From Octopus sinensis (lineage: Eukaryota), in assembly GCF_006345805.1 (NCBI RefSeq), contig NC_043007.1, forward strand, positions 31,186,001 to 31,250,000: 64,000 nucleotides of DNA, written 5' to 3'. A program made the translations under genes and the position numbers. The notes below the pieces were generated by a model that was given only the letters and a program-made list of their open reading frames with translations, made no database searches and had not been told where the DNA came from. Position 1 is the stretch's first letter; every line of letters begins with the position of its first letter. This document shows positions 48,201 through 59,500 of the stretch, piece by piece.

Positions 48201-51200
48201 AAAAATCCTGTTGTTGATGTTGAAATTCCAATGTTAGATACTGGCTCTTTCTCTATTGGCAAGAAATCTTGAAATAAATTGAATGACATACATATACCTA
48301 CATACATATATACACACACACATACACAGCACACACACACATAAGCCTCCTTTCAGTTCTTCTGTGAACCCCCCCCTCACAAGCCCTTTGTTGGCATGGG
48401 GGATAAATAGAAGACACTTATCCAAGGTGCTGTACCGTGGGACTGAACCCAAACCCATGTAGACGAGAAGCACACATTGAACGTCTTAACCACACAGCCA
48501 TACCATGCAGTTATAGCTATCCTGACGCTTTTGGAATACTTGGATTCAATTCTGGAAACAAGACTTTATACTTCACCTTTTAGCACTTAAACCAGCCGTA
48601 TCAGACCAAAATATTCTGCATATTTTATGTTCAAACTGGCAAGAACTGACTTTTCACACCTACCCTGCAATGTCATTCTAAAAATCTCAAAGCTACAAGA
48701 TAATGCATGAATAGATAAGACTAAATACATTTCACAGAGTAATCTGAATGCTAAACTGTTAATATTTTTCTGTTTTTAGATATTTACAGAGGACATGCCC
48801 GAAGTTGAATCTTTACCAAGAGATAAAGTGTTGGAATTCTTAGAAACCAATTTTAGCAGCAATGTTACCATTTTATATTTAGTAAGTACTTTTGACTGTT
48901 CACCAAGCTTAGACGTTGTTTGCAAGAATTACAAATTTATTGGTAAATCATAGTTCAACAGTTAAGTGCGAGTTGTTGCTGGTGTTGTTGTTATTATGAT
49001 TAAAGGGATGGGTTCATTGGTAGAATTGGTAGAGAGTTTGGTAAAATACTTTTGCAGTATTTATTCTGGCTCCCTGCATCGTGAGTCCAACCTCCAGCAA
49101 CCACCCACAATGCTCCGCTACCCAGAATGCACTGTTGTTTGTGTTTACATGACCGTGCTGCAAGGCTGTGTGTATTTTTTTATAGGGATTTATGTATTCA
49201 TACCCATCAACATGGGTCCCTTGAATAATGATTGAATTACGGCTGGAGATGGTCGCAGTGGAAGAAGCAAAGTAAGTTGATGGAAGAAAGTTACAGAGTT
49301 ACCTCCCTTGGTATCAAGTGGCTTCATTCCACCCAAAATTTGTGGCCACGTGAGACATTGTAACATTTGCCTTGTATTGAGTAGCAACTTCTTACTATAT
49401 ATATATTGAGGGTTTGGAATTTGGAACGGGCATCCAGCTGTAAAAATCCTGCCAAAACAGTCACAGAAGTCTGGTGCAGGCTTCTGCCTGGCTGGCTCTT
49501 GTGAAACCGTCCCACCCATGCTAGCATGGAAGATGGACGTTAAATGATGATGATATATATATATATATATATATATATCACCGTGATCACCATGACCGAC
49601 CAGTTGTTGCTACACTTCGCTGGTCACAATGCGCTTCGCATTGTTTTAGCCTTCAAATGACGCCACCCCGCTGGCTAAGCGAGCAGGCCAGTAGAAGAAA
49701 GAGTGAGAGAAAGTTGTGGCGAAAGGGTACAGCAGGGACTGCCACCATCCCCTGCTGGAGCCTCGTGGAGCTTTAGGTGTTTTCACTCAATAGATACTCA
49801 CAATGCCTGGTCTGGGAATCGAAACCTTGATCCTACGACCGCGAGTCCGCTGCCCTAACCACTGGGCCATTGTGCCTCCACATATATATATATACAAACA
49901 GACAGACATGCGTACTATATTTATTTGTGTATGAGTTGATTTTTAACTGATAAAACTGTGGTGCAACTTACGCATGTGTAAATACAGTATATATGTATGT
50001 GTGTGTATGTGTCCATCCCCCTCCAACTATCTCTAAAGTAGTAAGACAACCTCTGTCCCTCTATTAAAACTCTAACCCCTTCCCTGGCACATAGCCACTT
50101 GTTTTTTAAAGAATATTTGCATTGTATTCAAATACACAAAGACCTCAAACCCACAAGAGAGACAGAGACAGGCAGAAACAAGGAAAATGCCCCTTGCGTT
50201 TGAATACTATGCAAATATTCTTTTAAAAAACTTTTCATTTAATTTTTCTAAAATTTAATTGTTTTCCATACTTACAATTGAAAAAGTCTCAATGACTGAA
50301 ACCGATACTGAAATATTTTTTATAAAATTATTTTAGCATTTTCTCCCTTGACTTTTTTTTCCATGTATATCAATTCGTGTGTTCCTTTTCAATCTTCTGC
50401 ATATATGTGTGTGTTTATATATAGTATAATACTATACACAGTATCTTTTGTCTTGTCAGGAACATATTATAGAACATTGGAATGAAACAAACACAGATTT
50501 CCACAACTTATTAGTGAATTTGTACAGAGAAAAGACTCAAGAGATCATATTGCACAGATCCTCTTTAAATTCTGATTGTAAGTTTTTACTAAACTACAGA
50601 GTTGTTGCATAATTATTGCGGCTTTTTTTTTCAACTAATTTTATTCAACAAAAACAATAACAATATTTAACAAAAACATCTTTAAATGACGGTTTTGACT
50701 GTCTGCCAAGCAAATGGGAAGCAGTAATTGAAGTAGATGGTGAATATGCTCCAGAATAATCATTTAAAGATGTTTTTGTTGCTTGTTGTTGTTGTTTTTG
50801 TTGACGAAAACCCGCAATAATTATGCACCAACCTAATATTTTTCTTATGCTACACTGAAAATTTTTATAATTTTCATTTATCAAAAAATATTTTTTTTAA
50901 TTATTTGTTTTTCGTTGTCATACTGCAAAATATATAAACTTTTAATAAATTGAAATACGCTTTTATGATTTTTTTTTTTTAGGATTTATCTTCTGTCTTT
51001 TTTTCTTTTACTTGTTTCGGTGATTTGATTGTGGCCATGCTGGGGCAGTGTCTTGAAGAATTTTCAATCGAATGAATCGACCCCCAGGACTTAGGTCTTT
51101 TTTAAAGCCTGGTGCTTATTCTGTCCGTCTGTTTTCCTGGTCTGTTATGTTACGTGAACATAAACAGACCAACACCAGTTGTCAAGCAATACAGGTGGGG

Positions 51201-54200
51201 ACAAACATAGATGCACAGACACACACAAACGATGGGCTTCTTTCAGTTTCCATCTACCAAATCCACTCACAAGGCTTTGGTCATCCCAAGGCTATAGGAG
51301 AAGACACTTGCCCAAGGTGTCACGCAGTGGGACTGAACCCAGAACCATGTGGTTGGGAAGCAAGCTACTTACCACACAGCTACGCTTGTGCTTTTATATA
51401 ACCCTTTCGTTACTGTATTTCTGTTGAGATGCTCTGCGTTTCTTTCAATTACTTTTAAATATAAACAAAGAATTTAGTAAAATAACTTAGTTATCATTAA
51501 GCTAGTGTTAGGAACATAAATTGTGACTAAGGTTTGGTGGAAGATTTTTAATTCAAAACTTATGAAAACAAGACATTTGTACTCTGAGCCAGAGCTGGTT
51601 TCAGCCAGGTTGGTAACGAAGGGGTTAAGTTTTTGTTTATTTGGAGAATTCAAGCTGGCCACTAACCAAGTGGCAAGGGTCTTTCAGTGGCAAGGGTCTT
51701 TTGTCTCAGTCAAGACAGGTGTTGGCAGTATGACAGAATCGGTGGTGTGTTAGACAAAATCCTTTGCAGCATTTAGTTAAATCCCTTCACATCCAATTGC
51801 AGTCAACTTGGCTTTCACCCTTCCAGGGCCATGGAGTGGGACATGAACAGTGGATGGAATGTAAGACTATGACCCAGTCTGATACATATTTGTGACACCA
51901 GCTGACAAGGGAGCCTCAATATGGTCACTCGATCGGCTAGAAATAGTAGCCAAATCTCCCTTCAATTCTATGCAACCATTTTAGTGAAGAACATATATGG
52001 ATAGTGTTGTCCAATGTATGCTATGCCTGAAAAAAATATTTGTGGTAGTCATGTCTGGAATACCTTTGATCATGGAGCTAAATGATAGCTCCTGTAAGGT
52101 TACAATGCAGTGCAGAACATTACAAAATCCAAGCAGGGCCCCCCCCCTCCATTTCCTTGGGGTTTGAAGTCTTATGAGGTGTATGGTGACTTCCCTGGTG
52201 CTGGTGGCACACACACACAAAAGCATTCAGTACATACTCGAAAATGGTTGGCATTAGGAATGTCATCTTGTAGAAACCATATCAAAGCAGACATTGGAGC
52301 ATGGTCCAGTCCTCGAACCCACTGGACCCTGCCAAACTGTCCAACCCATGCCAGCATGGCACATGGATATTAGATGATGATGATGACGACAACGTTGATG
52401 ATGATGATGACTATGACAACAATGATAATGACAATGTTGACGACAATGATGATGCTGATGATAATGATGATGATGACGACGACGATGATGCTGATGATTA
52501 TGATGATTATGATGATGATGATAACGATGATGATGATGGTGACAACGATGATTATGATGATGATGCTGATGATTATGATGATGTCAGTGATGATGTTGAT
52601 GAAGACCTCAAATTTATTTCCAAATCGAAAAATCATTATCTTGCTTTCCTTTATTTATATAACCTTATTAAGACTGATCTTGCTTGTCTGTTCTTTCTTA
52701 TTAACAAATTCAATTTTCATTTCTCTTTTGCTTCTTTTTAGCACAAGAATTCCAAACGGCCACTGAGGAACTGGAAAAGTTTAAGGGTAAACTCATATCT
52801 TTCCTTGAAAGCTCACAGTATTACACACCAGAGCGACTCTTGTCGTACTTTCCCCTTGATGGTAAGCTTCAGATTAAAATGATTTTGTGTGGCTACATGT
52901 GTGTACATGTGTGTGTGTATCATGGTCTAGACCAGGGGCTCACCAAAGGGAGTTTGAAGGACCCTGTAGGAGTCAACGAGGAATTACAGGGATTTGATGA
53001 TAACCAAGGGGTCGAATGGGCGTTGGCGTGCGAAAGACCAGATCGCCAAGATGAACTGCTTGAAATGCTTAGTCAGCGCCATGCCCATCCCTCCCATTGA
53101 TGTTGTCAATTTCAATAAAAGATATTCCAGCAATATAATGTGTTTTTCACATTTTCTAACCATGAAAACAGTTTCATAAAAATTGAAATTTTAATACTGT
53201 ATACCCATACAGTATACCCATACTTTTAAATGTAAAAAGTGTGTCATCTTCAATAGAATTTCTTAATTAGTCATACATGTATACTTTAGCTAACATTTTA
53301 ATTGCCAGCATCAGTACCTGGGATGCATTTAAAATATGGTATGGTAGGGTAGCAGGGTATTAAAATACTTTAAATGAGGATGGTGGTCAATGCGACAGGA
53401 AAAGTGGCTAAAGGGGGTCGATGGTTGAAAAGTTTGGCGACTCTTGGTCTGGATATTTTGTGATGGTTGTAAAGAAGTTTTATCAGCATACAAGTGCTGT
53501 TCTATACATCTGAGAAAAACATGTCTAGCCATGGGGTTAATATCAATCTGCTTGGTAGGGTAGTGAAGTGGCAGAATTGTTGGCACACTGGGCAAAAAAA
53601 TGTTTCATCTGTCTTTACGTTCAAATTCCACCGAGGTTGACTTTGCCTTTCATCATTTCAGGGTCGATAAAATAAATACCAACTGTACACTGAGGCTGAT
53701 GTAATCAATTTAATTCCTCTCCTGAAATTGCTGGCCTTGTGCCAAAAGTTGAAATTATTCATCATCATCATGCCAGTAACCCCAGACAGGCTCCTGTGCC
53801 CATGGCACGTAAAAAGCACCATCCAAACGTGGTTGATATCAGATCTCGCTTCTGGTTACTTTGATCTTGTAATCTAAAGTAATCTCACATGGCAAAGTGA
53901 CACGTCTTTTTTTAAGAAATGATGTGAATTTAGTGATGGTTTCTTGTAAATATGCAACTGCCTTTGTCTCGTTGCTGATCAGATTGTAAAAATCCTTAGC
54001 CAACATCTAACGGGTTTTTAGAAATTTAAAAGTAAACTAAAATCTAACCTTAAGTTATCTCCTTTGTAGATCCCAGGCCAAAGTGGCACCTAATAGTTTT
54101 TCCTTTCTCCCTTATTACTCTTTTACTCTTTTACTTGTTTCAGTCATATGACTGCGGCCATGTTGGAGCACCGCCTTTAGTCGAACAAATCGACCCCAGG

Positions 54201-54339
54201 ACTTATTCTTTGTAAGCCTAGTACTTATTCTATTGGTTATTTTTGCTGAACCGCTGAATTACGGGCACGTAAACACAGCAATATCGGTTGTAAAGCGATG
54301 ATGGGGGAACAAACACAGGCACACAAACATATATACACT

Positions 54340-54373
<34 letters not shown>

Positions 54374-56098
54374 CGACGGGCCGTATATATACAATCGTGG
54401 CCGTTGCCAGCCTAGCCTGGCCCCCGTGCCGGTGGCACATAAAAAGCAACATCCGATTGTGGCCGTTTGCCAGCCTCGTCTGGCACCTGTGCCGGTGGCA
54501 CATAAAAAGCACCCACTACACTCATGGAGTGGTTGGCGTTAGGAAGGGCATCCAGCCGTAGAAACATTGCCAGATCAGACTGGGCCTGGTGCAGCCTTCT
54601 GGCTTCCCAGACCCCAGTTGAACCGTCCAACCCATGCTAGCATGGAAAGCGGACGCTAAACGATGATGATGATGATGATGGGCTTCTTTCAGTTTCCGTC
54701 TACCAAATCCACTCACAAGCTTTGGTCGGCCTGAAGCTATAGTAGAAGACAGTTGCCCAAGGTGCCACATAGTGGGACTGAACCCGGAACCATGTGGTTC
54801 ATAAGCAAGCTACTTACCACACAGCCACTCCTACACCTTATTGATAATTATTGTTCCTGCTACACAAGTAAATATTTCATCTCTTTGTAATGAAGTATTC
54901 CAACTGACCTGTTTAGTCTTCTCTTCTTCCTTTCAGCCTAAAGTTTATTCCACTGTTTGTATTCTTTGCTTTGAAATGATTTTGGAAATAAAGATTATGA
55001 AGAGACTTTGATCTGGTTTTATTGTCTGTTCCTTTAGATTTCTATGAAGAGAGGGCAATATTACTGGGGCGACTTGGCCGGCATGAACAAGCACTCGCCA
55101 TTTATGTCCATGTTCTCAACAATCATAGTTTGGCTGAACAGTAAGTATTAGGTTTCATCCTGTTTTTCAATCCTTTTGATACCAACCCTCCTAAACCCAC
55201 CCTGGGGCTATGACACAATTCATGTGTTCAAGTGATTTGAATGATAAACTTCCATCAAAATTTCGTACTAAGTTATGTCCCAAACAAGCTTAATAATGAC
55301 CAAGATACTTTACTAAATTCTTCGTTACTTTAAAAGTTTAGGTTTAGAGTTATCACGTAGGCACTTTAAATTTCTTTTAAAACATTTTATTACATTTAAA
55401 TTTCTATCTTACAAACTGAAAAGAGAGCTTGACAAAATTAACTAAATTAGCAAATAATAATGGTTTCATATTTTTTTATATAATTAAGATCCAAACTATT
55501 AATATATGAATGCGAAAGAGATTGTTGAATAACTGTAAACCTACTTTTGGGTCACCCTGTATTTCAGGAGAAATATGGTCACAAAATGATAAAAGGTGTT
55601 GGGACTTCTGATTCAATTTAAGAATTGTCATTGAACGTGTGTTAATCTTGGTCTAGCATTTCAGCTTTGGTCATCCTGTCTTTTTGTATATGTAGGACTA
55701 CAGTGTTCCATGTGATCCCTGTTTTCCTTTCCCTAAAGATGGTAGGTTGTGATTTCAGGAAATATATCAGTAATTGGTGATTTATTTGTACGCCTAGGAA
55801 TAGAGTCGTCACCTTTCTCTTAGCAGGACATAAAGAGTTACGTCCCTTTAGAAAGACGCCCGGTTTAAATTTTCACGCTGTCATGTATTTCGCTGGATAT
55901 TGTACGGTGCCTTTCCTTGTGAAAAGTTTTTTGTGTGAGGGGTCTAAGGTACATGTGGATGACCTGTATTAGGAAAGTAGGCCAAAGAAAAAGGGTGGGT
56001 GCGTATGTTAGTATCACGGGTGTTAAAGTTTGTGTGGTTAAAAGTAACAGCAATATATTATCATCGTCATGATACGTTTCCATGGTGACATGGGTTGG

Positions 56099-56135
<37 letters not shown>

Positions 56136-56477
56136 ATATATATATATGGAAATTGTAGTTCTGATAACTCTGACGGTGGCACGTAAAAAGCACCATCTGT
56201 ATGTGGCCGATGCCAGTGCCTCCTTGACTGGCTTCTGTGCCGGTGGCACGTAAAAAGCACCAACCGATTGTGGCTGTTGCCAGCCTCCTCTGGCCCCTGT
56301 GCCGGTGGCACGTAAAAAGCACCCACTACACTCTTGGAGTGGTTGGCGTTAGGAAGGGCATCCAGCTGCAGAAACACTGCCAGATCAGACTGGAGACTGG
56401 TGCAGCCTCCTGGCTTCCCAGACCCCAGTCGAACCATCCAACACATGCTAGCATGGAAAACGGACGTTAAACGATGA

Positions 56478-56538
<61 letters not shown>

Positions 56539-59500
56539 TTAATGGGGACATAACTGAACCTAGGGTACGATGAATTTGGTAGATTGTAGTGGGCTGGAGA
56601 GAGATCACATGCTGTAATAGAATGGTTTGACTTTGTGAGGTCAAAGATGAGAAACTAAAGGAGCATTTGGACATTACTGTCTCAAGTCATTGGACTTGTA
56701 AGGCTGGCTTCCTGGTTTCCATGATGTATTAAGTGACCAAGATCACAACATGCTCCATGAACGAAATGCCAGACCATTGCACGGACAATCATTTTAATTT
56801 ATGGACAGACTGGAAATGAAGTGTTTTGCTCAAGAACACGATGCACTGCTATGGTCCAGGAATCAAAGTATATGATCTTGTGTCACTGGGAGTTGAACTG
56901 AAGATGATGATTGAAGATGTTAAGTACCAAAACTGAAGGTAACGAAAGACATTAGGTACTAAACCCAAAGTGGTGAAACAGATTTGGCACATAATGTATA
57001 GGAAATGTTTCTTGCTGTAGAATGTCGTCCTATTCCGAAGGAGATTCACAACAGTTTCCATAAACTTGGAGATAATTGGAAGTGAAGGAAAGAAGACAAC
57101 CCGACTTCCATCTGTTCTTGCAAATTTTTCAGAAGACTGTGTAACATTCTGCTGTGACACACCACAGTGCTTTTGGTTTGGCATTAGAATAAGAACCAGA
57201 ATTAAAAGAAAAGAAAAATAGACCCAGGGTTGATTTCTTCGACTAAACCCTTCAAAATGGTGCCCCAGCATGGCCGCAGTCCCCTGAATGAAACAAACTA
57301 AAAATCAAAGAAAGATACATTAGGGTAGTATTGTTGTATTCTTATAATTCTCTCCCTCTTTTCTGTTTCCTTCTGGCAGCAGGGTTGCTTTCCTTTCCTT
57401 TTTCTCTTCCATGTTGGGCAGCAGAAAGTAACAAATGCTTCCTGTGGAGTATAAGAATAAAAACAGAAAAATTCAGTTAAGATTAAGTATTTCCACTGCG
57501 TGGCACCTTGGGCAAGTGTCTTCTACTATAGCCTCGGGCCAAGCAAAGCCTTGTGAGTGGATAGGTAAATGGAAACTGAAAGAAGCCCATCGTATATATC
57601 TATTTGTATATATATATATGTGTGTGTGTGTCATATATATATATATACACACATACACAGACACATATATATATGTATGTATTTGTGTCTGTGTTTGTCA
57701 CTCCTCCACATTACTTGACAACTGATGTTGGTGTGCTTATGTCCCCAAAACTTAGGAGTTCGGCAAAAGGGACAAATAAAATAAGTACTAGGCTTACAAA
57801 GAATGAGTCCTGGGGTCAGTTTGTTTGACTAAAAGTGGTGCTCCAGCATGGTAACAATCAAAATGACTGAAACAAGTAAAGGAATCTATTACAGGGGCTC
57901 TCAACTATTTAAAAAAAAAATTTTTGGACCCCCTTTGATTACTATATTCTGGTAGACCCCCAAGCCATTTGATGTTTAAAAACTAGTTTTAAAGAAACTT
58001 CTTTCAAAAATTCCTATTTTGTTTTTCATCACCCATTAACATCATAAGCGGAAAGTGTAACCTCTCGAAAGAGCTGTTCTTCACTCCTGCTCCAGAGCGT
58101 CGGCTGCGGGGTCATTCCGAAAAGCTCTACCTGCGACGATTTCATCTCAGTCGAAGGAGAGGAGCTTTCTCCGTCCGGGTTGCGGATCCGTGGAACAAGC
58201 TGCCAGACGAGATGGTGAAGATGCCGACGACCGCTTTGTTCAAAGCCTCCCTGGACCTCAAGTGGCCTGAACTCTTTACATGAACACCACCCTGTACTTA
58301 ACTCCATGTCCCCCTACATGACCTTGCTATTTGCTTTTGAGCCAAATTAACTAACTAACTAACTTGTGTAAGTTGAACTATGGAAAATGTTGGAGAAAGA
58401 ATCCCAGCTGTTTCTTGCAAGACATAACCAATACATTTATCTAAAGCAGGGGTTCTCATCCATTTTTTAAATCTGTGGACCCCTTTGATTGCTATTTTAT
58501 TCTGGTGGACCCTGCTATAGCCATTCAATGTTTAAAAATTAGTTTTATAGAAGTTTCTTTCAAATTCCTTATTCTATTTTTCACCCATTAACCATTGTGT
58601 TGGTTGAACTATGGAAGATATTAGAGAAAAAACCCAGCTGTTTCTTGGAATATCTACCGATTCATACATCGAAAGCAAAATCTTTTCAGGGGCTCTTATA
58701 ATACTATAGTGGATCCCCAATTTACAGTTTTCTTGTGTGGACCCTCAAAAATCTTATATGGACTTTCAGGGGCTATTTGGACCCCGATTTGAGAACCACT
58801 GAGCTATATTGTTGCGCATATCCCAAACACCACCGCCAGCACCAAGGAAGCGAACAGTAAAGGGAAACAACTCTGCTGTACGAAAATCAAACGTACCGAT
58901 TGATTCAGGGAAACTGTTCATTGGAGGAAATAAGAACTGAAACCTGGAAGGATCTTCTTTCTCGCTGTCCTCTGATTGTGAATAGCCGTTGGTGTCAGAG
59001 ATTATATCTGGTCGCGTGATAGAATTATTGTATAGCACTTTGGTTCTCAAATCCGTACAAGATTTTGTTGTTTTATTCTCTTACTTGTTTCAGTCACAAA
59101 GGCTGACCAAACCCTTGAGAGTGGATTTGGGGATGGAAACTGAAAATTGTGTGTGTGTCTTTGTTCCCAACCACTGCTTGACAACCAGTGTTGGTGTGTT
59201 TACATCCCTGTAATTTAGCTGCTCAGCATTAAAACTGAAAGTACTGAGGTTGATTTGTTTGACTAAAATTTCTCGGGGTGGTGCCCCAGCAAGGCCACAG
59301 TCTACTGACTGAAGCAAATAAAAGTTTGCAAGCCTGGAAGAATGAGCATCAAAACTATGATGATAGTCTTATCCTAGATTTACTTAGCTTCATTGTGGAA
59401 TGAGGTATTGTCACCACAACAACCTGAATATTCAATCAGCTTTGCCAGATCATCACCTGTTGCCAGCATCTGTGCCCATTCATCTCATTCCACATTGAGA

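Noticed and set aside
52301-52766. Poly-Asp, poly-Met and poly-Ile ORFs
   Set aside because: Translations of the expanded (GAT)n LINE tail.
55865-56674. 269-aa minus-strand ORF
   Set aside because: A chance read-through of a (TA)n tract, an antisense RTE 3' UTR and degraded repeat sequence; no domain.
56849-57271. 140-aa minus-strand ORF containing [13 protein letters not shown]
   Set aside because: The only recognisable piece resembles a LINE RT motif and the start lies in a SINE tail. At most a decayed LINE fragment, not a gene.
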